A stretch of DNA of 64,000 nucleotides. Source: Ascoidea asiatica JCM 7603 (taxonomy: Eukaryota > Fungi > Ascomycota). The notes beneath the pieces are model-generated. The model made no database searches and had not been told where the DNA came from. It worked only from the letters and a program-made list of their open reading frames with translations. The number at the start of each line of letters is the position of its first letter. Positions within the stretch are counted from its first letter, which is position 1. This document shows, one piece after another, positions 22,621 to 36,100 of this stretch. The position numbers and the translations under genes were made by a program. The stretch is from NCBI GenBank assembly GCA_001600695.1, contig BCKQ01000007.1, forward strand, positions 767,712-831,711. The letters run 5' to 3'.

Positions 22621-25600
22621 AGATATAACCTGACGATGCTAATTGAAGTGTTATTTTATGCATCAATGTGATAATGAAAAACATTCATGGTTTTAAGCAA
22701 AAAAGGCGAAGAGGATAATAGAATATTATGTGCAATAAACAAAACCGATTCCACACAGTATAAAAAAGTGAATTAAATTAAAGCACTTCATGTACCGTCA
22801 TGTTTCTCACTGTCAATTAAATATACATTTATTAGATAAAACGAGATCTTGTTTGTCAGAATCAAAAAAAAAATTTAATGGCGAACATTCTTTATGGCAG
22901 GTGCAATAAAAAGGGGGTTAACTGAACAAACGGACTAACTAAACTTGCGAAAGCCTTTACCACATCGACAGCTGCCTAACTGCAGGTTGAACTCAACAAC
23001 ATGCGAATCGAATAATGTTATTACAGAGTAACTGTAACATTGTCACTTGCCAATGAAACTTAGGAACCGAGATTTGGTGATACTCTGTGAAAAGTATCTT
23101 TGATATATATATACAGTTGGAAACCTACCTACTAGACTGAATGCATATGTAACCTGCTCGCATCACATAATACACAAAGATAGTTGTAAATCTATTGCAC
23201 TTCATAAATATTAGGGGAAAAAAATGGGTTAACTTCAAAGTGTATTAAACATATTGAAAAATGCTTTTGACGGTAGCCCATAAATAGGAAAATACAAGCA
23301 TCTGAATATGGGATCTGAAAACGTTTGACTAAACATTCGGAAAAAAACGGTCAAATATGAATGGTAAAGTTACTTTAACTTTCAAGTCCAGCATCATATG
23401 TTTGAAAAATTAGATGAAATATGGAGTTATGTACTTGAAATCAGGTTCAGGAATATTGTTTTAATAATTACGCATAATATAATAACAATTTAGCACTATT
23501 ATACCCGTTTTCTAATCAACTTCTGTGATTAAGCGGAGCTTTGACATGATGATATTTTTCCAATTCTTGCATACCAATCCTACGAACTTTGATGAGTTTA
23601 CAAACTTGTACAGCAAGTTTAACTGTACTTGCGTACATTAATGGTATTGACTATTATTGCTTACAGAGGTAAAACTTCTGCACTCCTTCTACCAATTTGT
23701 GGTTGACTAACCTGGGGTTATTGAAAACCATGGTGGTCTGATGACGACGTGAAAAAAAAATATATTTTCATATTGCTTTTGGTAGGATCTAACATTCTAT
23801 TTTTACGTCATTAACTTTAGATTGCTTGTTTTGATATTGATTGTAATTGTATAGAGTATCACCACATAGTAAAAATAGTATATGTTTATAGATTAGTAAA
23901 TTATCGTAATGAATGAAACATAATTACAAGGTACACTATATTTTGATAAACCTTTCTATATATTTATAAAAATTACTAGATTATTTTACGGATTGCGATA
24001 ACGTAATAAGGAGTAACCCTATTTTTCAGAATTGTAAGTTCCGTAGATTCAAGTGATGTCCATAAGGTTAGTGATATTTACTCCTGGGAGCCTTAGGTAC
24101 TAGACACAGTGAGCTTTGGTTGTATTTACATAAATGAGCGTTTTATTTTCCAAAAACCAGTAGGAAGCCGCTTCTAATTTTCTATGGTCAACTGATCATC
24201 GTTCCCTTTATCAGGTGGAAAACAATTGCCGATTAAAAAGTCAGGCGGCAGTCTTAGGCTTTCGCTTTCAACCCTCAAAACTCGTTGGCGCACAGCGCAC
24301 GAAGCGATCAGTGCAATGAGCCTCCCGAGAATATTGCGGAAATAATGAGCCGATACAGTGCCTTTTGTTGAGTACCTGTGCTATGAATTGTCCATATTTC
24401 CAAAGGAAAACACTTTTTTTACAGGACCCTTGATTCAAAAAACCGGTTGTTAAGTTTGAAAAGGTTTTCATCACGGAAGAATTAGCTATAAGTTGTTTGA
24501 ACCTCATGATGAGATACACCAAATATGACTTATATCCATATGTCTCGGTCAAAAACAAAGTATTTTTTTAGTTGGGGAAGATCTCTTGATCATATAAAAT
24601 AAAAAGTCTTTTAGTTCACCCTGTCTCGCTCAAGTAGAAGTGTCGCTCAGAAACAACAACATATCTATACCGTGGAGTACCTTATATCAATCGAGACGAA
24701 TAATTGTAGTTATGTTTGAAATTATCGATACTATTAAATTTTATTCTAATGAGAATTATTTGAGTCTCAGTACTAGCAGAAAATGACATGGCTAAAAGAC
24801 TCCATCGTGGATCCCAGAAACACCCTTTTTTACTCCATTTAAAATCAGGGTAATGTAGGACTACACAGACGCCGGACTATAATTATTTGCAGTGTTTCAC
24901 TGAACCACACCACGGGTATTGATAATTTGGATTTGAAGATAGAATGATCATTGCATATAGTCCAGCAGCAAATATGCGTACTTTAGAATCTGAATTTCAC
25001 CACCCTTTTTCAACTTTCGAGTTTTGCTATTTTAGTAACAAAGTAAACCAAAAACAAGAATAAAGCCACGCTTTTGCCATATGCGCCGGAACTGCCAAAT
25101 TTACCGAACATGGCATCTTTAAAGTCGCCAGAAAAGGCAGGTTTTCAATTACTTTCTCAAGCCGATTTTTAATTGCTGCCTCAATAAAGAGATTAGAACC
25201 CATGGTTCCTGGGACAATTTTGTGGACTTAGATGTCCGACGGTTGAAATCTAATTGATTAAACATTTTAAAGAGAGTTTTTTCAATGCAATTTCAATCAA
25301 TATTAGACTAGTTAATTATATTTCAACTTGACACATAAAATAGCAAGTTAAAATACTCGAACAGAAACAGTATATCACTAAACTATTAAACAAACATTTA
25401 TCCAAATGAACTTCCGCTTTACACAATAATAAGAAAAACAATTTGAAATACAATATCACAGTAGAAAAAAAATACAGTCAATTAATTGAACCAAGAAGAA
25501 GAGTTTGACATAGAGCAGCAAAAAAAATTAAAAAAGGATAGTCCATTCAGTCCAGAAAAAAAGAATAAAAATGAAAGGAAATAACGTGCTTAGTATGAAG

Positions 25601-25949
25601 CAATTCAAAGTATTGGATCCATTAGGGGTACGTTACAAATGCAAATCAAAATTATTTTCTGAGTCATTTCCGTCACTTATAATAATGATTTTAACATTTT
25701 CTGGAATAAGAAATTTATCTTGTTTTGGCTTTTTTATTTTTTATTTTTCTTCCCATCTTGATTTTATTTATTGTTCCGTTTGCTTATTGGTTATTTGTGT
25801 TTTGTTGGGTGGATTCATGTCGAATTGTTGCAATAATTATTTGGTTACATTTTTGCTATGCCCCATGGTTCTAACTGGTATCAAGTCTGTAAGGGTTGTT
25901 GACAATGAATCGGAAACGCTTCTTTTATTTTAAATTCTATTATCATCCT

Positions 25950-28900
25950 TAGTTTCAAGATTCCATAAATAATATTGAAGGTTTTCAACACAAGCGGTCG
26001 TCGAGGATTGGGACCTGTGCTTAATGGCTTGGTGGATGCTGAAAGTGGACAAGATTCTTTCGGCGATTGTGCAGATAAAGGTCTTTTACTAGCTCTGCCA
26101 TTAGAAATATCCGTAAATTTAAAAGTATATTTAGAAAGGAATTAAGAAATGGATATCACACTGGTGTGCTTATTATATGTTCAATTATTGGTAGATTTTC
26201 TTATTATAAAATTAAGGTTTGGTGATACCCTTGCAATTTTCATTTAAATTTTGGGGTTGAATTAAGATTTTATGTAAATTTTAATCCCATTTTTATTTTC
26301 CCTTGAAAGTGGATTGCAATTTGAGTGGAATTTCAATTTCAATTTTTACTATAATTTGTATTTTCGTTTGCATTTTCATGCGAATTTTTATTTTGACTTG
26401 AATTTTTGATTGAGTCTTTAATTCAATTTTCCGTCTCTTTAATTGAAGCAAAATTTAAAGTTTTATTTTGACTTGAATTTTTGATTGAGTCTTTAATTAT
26501 CTTCAAGTTTGTATTTTTGTTTTTAAATGAATTTTTAATTGAACTGTACGTATAAACATGTCCATCATCTACAAAGACTGCTGAATCTTTGAAAAAAAAA
26601 TTATAATCCACAGTTTTACTTGATTTATTGTTGTTTTAATTCTCTTTCTCCAGTTTCATATCATTTTTTTACGTGAATAACTTTGAATTATCATTGAGGT
26701 AACGATTTTAGTTGATTAATTTTACTCCTTTTTTTAAATTAAATTCTTCTAAAAAATTATTTGTTTTATTATATCTGTTTAAAAAAACATCTTATATGTC
26801 ATATTTTTGATTTGATAAATCTCATAAAACCTTGAGTCTCGCAAATTTTTTTGATTACATTCTAATTGTTTCATTGAATCGCAAATATTTTGCATAGAAA
26901 TAAATAGATTTAATCTATATGAACTATTATTTAAATAACCTTTAAGATCATGATCGAGCATACATAAAACATTTCTTTTTATTTTACTTTCCGGAGCAAT
27001 TGGTCGTAATTTTTTTTTGCATTGTTGTTTGCAATCCTAAAATTGTCAAATTCTATTATTCTGCTTTAACTAATGCCTTTTTAACATAGTCCTTATTTCT
27101 AGAAACATTTACAAGTTTCCTAAAAACTGCAGTGGATAATCCAAACTATTTTACTTTTATTTCCATGTAGCATTTTTGTCTGATTTAACTACTTCTCATT
27201 TCGTTTGATTTTATGTTCCAATACATAGGGAAATTCCTTTCGTATTCGTTGAAGATGAGGAAAATTCTCTTTTTTATGTTTCTTGCAAACAGTACTAATT
27301 TTATACTGTTTTCTTGCAAATGGTTTTCTGCTCTGTTTGATATGTTGGAAAATTGAAAATTTGAATATCTTCCTATTGATAAAGGGTGAATGGATAGTCT
27401 GTTGGTAATAAAATAAGGAGATTCATAGTTGTAGAAGAAGATTCAACATTAAAGGAAAGATCATGAACATCAGTCCATAATTCTGTTTAAGTTATATATT
27501 GAATAAAATTAGTATTTTTCGACTTCTTTATTGGATTTTCAAAACCACTATCATCCGGCGAATATTTGAGCTTCCCGTGAAGACTATAACCTAAAAGCAA
27601 AAGTAACATTTAAGAAAAGTAAGCATCCGAGTTCAATGGCTATTTTATATATACCTTATTATAATGTTTTATTAATGGCTTTTGCGTTCAAGTTATTGTT
27701 AAAGGTTTATCATTGAAACTTCTGTATTCGATGATTTATTGAACAACGTTTTCAGTAGCATTAAAAGCTATCAAAAGTTTAATGAAATACTAACAACTTG
27801 AACATTTGTTTGATAGAAAAACATCACCAATATATTACGACCTGTAAAAATGGACAAATCAACCCAAAGCTCCAAGAATTGAACAAAAAAGTTATTTACC
27901 AAACCGCCTCTGAATCAATACACCGCAAATGATCTTTAGGAATCTGCAGAAGAATTCAAGTAAAGAAACGAAAAGTAGTCTCTTTTCTAACCGTTTCTGG
28001 AATGATATCACCCTTTCCAGATTGATCAACTTGAACATATGGATTTATTAAGAAACCTTTAGCAATTGTTTCATTTTTCTCTTTTTTATATGAGTCATTT
28101 TAAAGATTTTCCGACGAAATGTAAACACTCATAGTAGGGGTGAATAATGAAATTTTTTTTTGGTAAATTTGATGATAATGGACGCGCCAACTGTTAGTTT
28201 TTATTAGTAGAGCAGAGTAGCTCTTTGGTTGCCGACAAAGCATCTTGATTAGTATAGTTATTATCATCTTGATTCATCATATATTTATTGTTATCATGTT
28301 TATGAATATCGTCGTTATTATCATATTTAATATTAAATTCGTTAACAACCTCTTTATTATAAACAGCAAGTTCAAGTTTATCAATAAGTACAACGTCATT
28401 ACGATCTCCAAAGATAGCTAGTATCTTTTTCAGATCTTGATTACTAACATCATTTTTAATATTTGATACATTTATATTATTATTATTTAACTTCAGATTA
28501 TTATTAATTCTACTTTTTGTTGGGAATGATGTAGACTTATTATTATCTTTATTATTATATGATAGATGCTTATCCGCTTTATTATATGATAGATTATTAT
28601 CTTAATTATTATTGGATTGCTTAGTGTTTTCATTATTCTGATATTAATTGTTGTTAGTTTGATCAGATTTTGACCTAGGATTATAATTATTATCACCATA
28701 CACTTTATTTGTTTTAATCTGTTCTTTGTTTTTTTGTTCCCATCTGCGCAATCGATATTACACTCATGTCCCATACTCGGCGCAACAACGGAGGGAGACA
28801 AGTTATTGGAACATTCAGATTAAAGATATTGATTTTCACAACGAATATCAATGATATCTTCAAAATTTACAGGAAGCTCCTATATTAGAAGATTCAACTT

Positions 28901-29700
28901 TTCAGCAAGGGATTAAGGTCTTGGATTCTTATCAGTGTATTTTGCCGCACCTGAAGGTACTTCAGATCTTGTTTCATCCGAAGTACCAGCAAACTCTACC
29001 GATTTGAATGTTTTTGTTCCAGGACATTTTATATTTTACTAGGAGCTTCAATTTGTTTTGTATCAAAAACAAGCAGTCTAACCGCAGCATCGTCATAAAT
29101 AGTTGAAGGTGCAATAAAATACTAAGTATTGTTTTCGTATTTATGTGAACTTAATGGACTAAAGCTGGAATTTTTATTTTCCCTAAATTATTTGACTAAA
29201 TTTCATTTTCAGTTTTATAATTTTCTAGTTTATTTTGGTGAAATTCCTTTTTTTTTGTTTCAGCCTCTTTACTTATCTAATGGGAAAGTCCCTTGAATAT
29301 TCCTTGAATTTTTTTTTATCAATTGTTTCTTTTTGTTTGTTTTTGTTTTTTAGTTTTTCTTTTTCTCTTATATTTGGACTATCCGCAATATTTCCAGGAT
29401 TATTGTTTTTGAATTCTTTAAAACCAACTTTGAAGTGATTTTAGTTAAAGAATCTACATCTGAATCAGAATCTATATGAGAATCAGAATCTGAAAAGGAT
29501 TCTACACCGAAAACGTATCTCAATCAGAATAAGAATATTAGTTGAAATTCAATTCACAATTTTCTATAACCGGAATTGGTTTATCATATTTTTCTTTCTT
29601 TTTTAAATTCTTTTTTCCTTGATTTTTTTTTGGTCTACATCATTTTGCAAAGCTTCTTCTGCATCTAAATTTCAATATCCTTTTTATCAAAACATTAGAA
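25950..29700 (-). pseudogene. Long degenerate low-complexity (N/K/S/D-rich) coding remnant with broken zinc-knuckle-like segments; TE origin likely, family unknown
   Basis: Minus-strand codon-like composition. Contains RCCAEYG/MGHECNIDC (~28750-28790), SRCFVGNQ (~28240) and KCFVCS (~26965). A 38-bp direct repeat lies at 26386 and 26461. Confidence 0.3.
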
Positions 29701-31798
29701 CCGACCGTTATCCTTTATTTGATTTCATTGTTTTTATAATTTTAAAATCCGAATTTCTTTACTTCTCTTTGTCTCTTAATTTATAATAAATTTATTTTTA
29801 TTAATATTTTAATTTCTGATTCTCGAATTGTATCAATAGTTAAACTGGTAATTCCTTTAATTTATAATTATTCAATTACTTAAATTTAGGATTCTCAAAC
29901 TGATAATTTTCCTAGTGTACCTATCCGCGAGCTTCTATTGTTTTATTTGAATTGGATTTCTCTATGATTAAAACTTTATTATTAAGGTATTTAATGATAT
30001 TGCTCCAGTTTTACCTAGTTCAGGGATAACTATACCTATTTTATATAGTTCAGCAACAGCTTGGTTTCATAAGCTCTCTAAATTAATAAAGCACAAGTTT
30101 TTGGTTCAAAGCAATTTCATTTCTATCAATCCTTCTAATATGAAGAGAAATAGACTATTGATTATTTAGTGACCCTATCTAACTGTAACTTCAATGAATA
30201 ACAACGAATAAGTTCTTATATTTGATTTATCAACTTTTATTAAAACTAAGTTAGAATCGTTATTTGTTAAATTCTAAGATGAGATTATAAAGATCAGGGG
30301 ATCGTAAGCATGTGACTTACACTCTTTCAATAGAAAAAATATTTTTTTTGAATACTAAAACCAGGTGACCCACTTAATGACAGTGCAAATCTATAGAACC
30401 AATGGTCTGTTAAAAAAAATAACTCTTCCATCCATTATTGACACTCTTTCTCTCTTAATGGTTTAATACCGTAATAAAGGCCTCCTAGATTTATGATTAT
30501 TTAAACATGTTTTAAAAATCTTTTAAAACAAACAGGGCAATTTTTGACATGATTTTGTATGCTGTAAAAAACATTCGACACGTCTAAAAAAATACAGAAC
30601 TTCAATGATAACTTAGACAATTAATTCTCAATCAACCGTTTGTAGAAAATTTGAAAAAAATTGACCTAGATATTACTGTTTAAAGATCGCTTTGTGACTT
30701 TTTGCTAAAAAAAACTTTTATCAAAAACTGTTATCAAAAACAGGAATATTGAAATCATTTGGTAAAGAACATAAGTTCAGTTTAAAAAGAAACGTTTTGG
30801 GGTTAACATTAACGACCTGTTGTATATTTTGAATTATTTTATGTTTCAGAAACCTACTTTTGTTTTAATTTCAAGGTTTTATCTTTCATTGAATACATTT
30901 CGAACTGCTGAATCGTTTTTCATAACTCTACTAAAAACTAACGGTCCCTTAGGTAAAACAAAGCGATAACTATTAAACTATAAAAGCTCGTGTTAAACCA
31001 GCATAGTGAAACGAACGGTGCTTTAACACCACTTTTCAATTCACAAAAACGTGTAGGCCGCTCCGGTTATGGCAGGTTATTAACTGTAGAAAGGGAAAGT
31101 TTAGATTAATTAACTGCGTTTTCAAATAGAGTTAAGTCGTAAAAGTTTTCCATAGATTTTAAAACTGTACAGTAAAGTAAATATACTACATGAGCAGGGT
31201 AAAAACCTAGAACTTAGTTTCACTCAAATCTGAATAATTACTATCATCGGACAACAATAGCAAAATAAACAACAGTAGGAGCATACATTCCCGTTCCATA
31301 GCTATCAATTTTAACTTCTGGGATTCCACAAAACAAAGTACTTTATTTACTTAATCCAAGGTTAACGGAAGATATTTGATTCGAAATCTGCAAGAAATGT
31401 AAAAGAATATTTCTGTTTACCTCAGTTAGGTAATCTTCTAATTGATGCTTGGTGTTAATGTTGACAAATGAAATTCATGATTATTTTAACATCCCTATAA
31501 ATGGCGCCACTGGAATATTAGAGTACATTTATTTTATCAAAATTTGATACCCCTTAAATTTTGAATTCATAAGAATTCGTACGTTGTCAATTTCAAAATA
31601 CTCAAAGCGGAGAGCCATATTTTAAAAGTTAGTCGTTTGCAAGTATGTTTAAAAAATTTACACACTAATCAAGAATCCAAAAAGCAATAATTATACTGAA
31701 GAAATATGCTACTGGACACGATATTGGTAGTAAAAGAAAAGGTACAGGACGACAAATTAATGATATATAATACTAATAGTAATGGTATTAGTAATAGT

Positions 31799-32833
31799 TG
31801 TTGGAATTATTAGAGATCTATGCTAGCGCATATATTTAGTAGAAACACCATAGGTGCTGCAGGTCTAAAAGACACGTATCGGCAGTACACGTAACAGAAT
31901 TATGTACTACACAATAATGTGTGGACACTATGTATAATTATGCATCTCTATGCATAATTATACATAAATATACATACTGTTGCATGAAGTTGAATTAAGT
32001 TTCCCGAAGAATACATCAATTTATATGACCTTGCATGAGTCTGCGTACAGGAGCACAGATAGCCGCATGTCAAGTGATACTATACTCACATCGAACACGT
32101 CATGTGTGGTTAAGTTAGATATAGCATACAAAGTCGAAAAGAGACTTTGAGATTTGTACCAGCCATATTCGTGGAACCTTTCTAGAGCATATTAAAGCTA
32201 AGCCAGTAGCTACGAGCACAATAAAAGAAGAGTTAAGATTTAGTATCTATGCGAATAGAGGTGAAATCCGAAAGGCCATTCGGATCCAGGCTGGGACGGC
32301 TTCCGGATGGCTGGATTGGTTAAGCGTACTTTCATGTCAGATTTGGTATAGTTCTCACAGTGTATACCGCATTGTCTCGGAGTAAGAAGGAGACTAGAGG
32401 AGCTAGTCCCATAAGAATACAGTCCGACCACGGGCTACGGGATTAATGATTATTCCTGCAATTAGTTTTATTGCCTACCTCACTGGAAAATGGGCTGACA
32501 TGTTTTACTATGGTAAAATTGGAATCTGAATTGGAATTGATTTCTAGTCAGGTTTTTTTTTTTTCAACCCTTTTTACAAGGTAAACTAGATTCCCACCCT
32601 GATTCTGCAAAGCAATCCTGGAACTATTGAGAGTTTTCGAGAATTATTCTTCTGCGGGCGCGTACGAATCCACAATTAATATAAATGGAATCAATCTCCT
32701 TTAATGTTTTTATATATTTTATTTAGTTTTCTTTTTAGACCATCGAGTAGCATGAGTTAACTGATTAATACATAGTTTGTAAGTACGTAAAATTTATATA
32801 TATGATTTGTAAAATGAATCAAAATTCACAACA
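31799..32833 (+). mobile_element. Solo LTR, family A (1035 bp)
   Basis: TGTTGG...CACAACA termini with a perfect TSD ATAGT (31794-31798 / 32834-32838). Inserted in a TAG/TAA-rich simple repeat and homologous to 6470-7506. Confidence 0.93.
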
Positions 32834-33699
32834 ATAGTAATATTAATATTAATAGTAATAGTAGTAGTGACAGTAAGGTATTATTCATAATGATAGGTAG
32901 TTATTGTTTTTCTTTTCAACTTGATTAAAATCACTATTGAGAGTAAACTTAATGAGTTTTTATTTTTTATCAAACCTAGTAGATCTTTAAAATTATCATT
33001 ATTATTATTGTGATTATGATCTTCAACTTGATTTAGATTTTCCTTTTCCCTTGAATTTTCATTTCTGTTTGCAGATCAAATGATTTTAAACTTATTATTA
33101 ATTATAATTAAATTATAAGAAAAATTTCAATGATTTTTAATAAATAAGAATGACTCAAGTAGTTTAATTGTTTTATATGTACTTTTAGAAGTTGCTGAAT
33201 TTAAAGAAGGTGTGTGAGATAATAAAAACATAGTTGCAGGACAAATCGAAAAAAGAGTAGAAGGACGAGGAACAACCATTTTGTAAGCTTGAAAGAGGTC
33301 TACTGTGTTTATTATTATGAGTTGAAATTTCTTTTTATTTTCGAAGTGACTATTATCATTACCGCGAATACTAAATGAATATTTGAATCGCTAAATATTA
33401 AACTAAATGGTGATATTGCTGGCGATATAGCTAGTAATCTTGCTAGTGAAATAAATGTTTATATTAATAGCAATACTTCAAATACTAATTATATTAGTTT
33501 TTCATATAGTAATGTTGAATATTTGCTGAGTATAAGATGATTATATGTTTATCTTGTTGCTAAAGGTGATACTGATGCAGATTTTCATGATATTTTTGAT
33601 GGTGATATTGAAGATAATGATGAATGATCATAAAAATAATTCTTTTATTTAATTATTAATTAGAAGTAAACCGTAATTACCACAAATTTTAAATTTCTA

Positions 33700-35642
33700 A
33701 TAAATATACAGTTCTTCTGAAAGTTTGTGGGTCGGATGAATGTACTGTTTGACAAAAACAATTTTTGTACTTTTTGTTTTCAATAGTGGAAGTCCCATGG
33801 TTTCCCATACAACGATTTTTATAATATGATCTCCGAATTTAACAAATAACTATTATAACTTAATTTCGATAAGAGAAAATATATCAAATATAATAGTTGC
33901 TTACTGTGAATTGAATGTAGTTATACCTATTTCTAAAGAAATGAATTATAATAAGACAATATTTTACTGAAAATAAAGCTGCTATATTTTGAACAATGGT
34001 AATTAGATATGTTTCAGCAAAATAAACAAATCCTTTTTAATAGATAAAGAGGTTATTTGGCTAATTGAGACCAGGGATAAATATAAACCACAAAATCAAT
34101 TAAAACGATCAGCTGAACTAATTGCTAATCCCAAAAAAAATAATGGGCCAACTGATAGTTTCAATGATGATGATGATAATAATTAAGATAATAATAAGGA
34201 TACTAATTAAGATAATAATAAGGATACTAATTGTCATGAATAGAAGGAGCCTTATTATGACAATAACTACATTCATAATAATAATTACATTAATAATAAA
34301 AATCATATTAATAGTAATGATCAGCCTTATAATAATGAGCATCCTTATAATAATAGAAATACTCATGAATGTACCAGTAATAATAATAACTATCATACTA
34401 AGAATATTAATAATAGTGATACTGATTTTCATGCAATTTCAATTTTGATAATGATATTGGTCATGGTGCTCTCTGTAATAGTGATTCCTATAATACTGAA
34501 GAAACTGCTCTTATAAGCTATGATAATAATTTGATTAACCAAAATTTGAATATTCAAAATTTATGTTTCAAGATAAGTGAGCAGGTACACTTCATAGAAA
34601 ATTCTCTCCTATTTGCAGTTAAGCTTTTTTATGATCAAATGCAAGCAGAAAAAATTTATTTTCATCAAAACAAATTAGAAAGTAAAAATATTGAGTTCAT
34701 TATGAAAAAATTATCAAAGAAATTAGAACCAGTTCACTGTATAACTTAAGAATATCAAAAAACCTTATCTGTTTTGAATTTTTTACATGTCTCGTTGTTA
34801 TTGTGCTTAGTTGAGTAGAGGAACAGCTTATATTGCATTTGGTTGTACTGGTTGTATAATGCGTTTACTAAATGTTGAATACACAAATGAGTATTAGGTT
34901 TTTCCATATATTCAAAAGCGTTTACTGAATGAGCCCAACTGATTTAGTTGAATAAAATTAAAAAATTTTCTTGAAAGTTAGCTAATCAAGTATAAACTAT
35001 CACTAAAAAAGCTATTACTCATACTAGGCTCGCTTCAAAAAAAAGAAAATGAAGAAATAAGTAAAAGAAAGAAATTTTACGAAATATTAGATCAATTCTT
35101 CCTTTATTGGCAAAATACCTTTCCGGTTATTTTGATGACACTGCTACTGAAGTTCTTAAAATGTACAATAAAAATGTAAATGCTGATGATGTTGCTAAAG
35201 GAAATAAAAAGGTAAGCAATGATAATATAAGATACTGAAAAAATATTATTAATGGAGTTTTTTATTTTGTCTTCTCTTTTGTTGCTGAATAACAAAGATC
35301 TTCAAGAAAAAAACTTTACTAGACTTTAATTTAGATTCTGCAGCTTATTTCCTTGCAAATAAAATTACTTGAACCAAATTCCATGACTTAAAAGTAGTGA
35401 ATAATTAATAAGGTATTTTATCAACCAACCAGGTTGAAAAATCCGGCCTTGACATACTATGTTAAATATATAAAAATATTGGTGATTCTGTTTCTTTGCT
35501 TAACTATAGAAATAAAACATTCGAAAGAAAGAATGGGAATAAAATTTCTGAAAAGTCTTTTAGGCACAATATCCTAATTATAAGTAATAATACGGAGAAA
35601 AATACTGAAAATAATACTGAAATCCACTATAATGATACAAAC

Positions 35643-35678
<36 letters not shown>

Positions 35679-36100
35679 ACTTCTTTAAGACTGAAAAATT
35701 CTAATTTTCAATCAAGTTTTTCTAAAATATTCAAATTCGAACAAGTTTATTTCAATAGAATTTTTGTTTGTCTTCAATGGGAAGCTTCGGCGTTAAATCC
35801 ATTACTTTAGGCCCATGTATTGCCATTAGATGGAAGATATTCCAAAAATAATCAAAGTAGACGTCAAAGAGCAATACGTTTTTGAAAATTTGCTGCAGAC
35901 CATATATTAACAGACATGTTCTATTAGCATGTTTAACATGTCAAGGAGCTTACACTAATAAATGGAAAAACTTGTATTAAATCTTTCATTTCGGTTTTGC
36001 CGTTTGATCTTCAAGAAAAATTAAAAACTAAATTATTATTGCTGATAAGGCTAAGATGATTTGAACTGTATTAGATTCTTTTGGATTTAAAAAACGAAAC
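33700..36100 (+). pseudogene. Possible hAT (ZMYM1/TTF-zinc-finger type) transposase remnant with Asn/Asp-rich low-complexity inserts
   Basis: *MYCLTKNNFCTFCFQ (~33735; cf. WL.Y.....FC..C), EEQLILHLVV (~34818; cf. EQL.I..R.V) and VLGF (~34890). Very degenerate. Confidence 0.35.
35641..35676. repeat. (AAT)n microsatellite, ~10-11 units
   Basis: ACAATAATAATAATAATAATAATAATAATAATAAC is visible directly. Confidence 0.9.

Noticed and set aside
23738-23775. Hammerhead ribozyme-like CTGATGA...GAAA
   Set aside because: No valid stem II closing pair and no stem I pairing.
34118-34448. Ile/Met-rich ORFs on both strands as membrane proteins
   Set aside because: They are alternative-frame readings of AAT/GAT low-complexity DNA, including a 24-bp tandem duplication.
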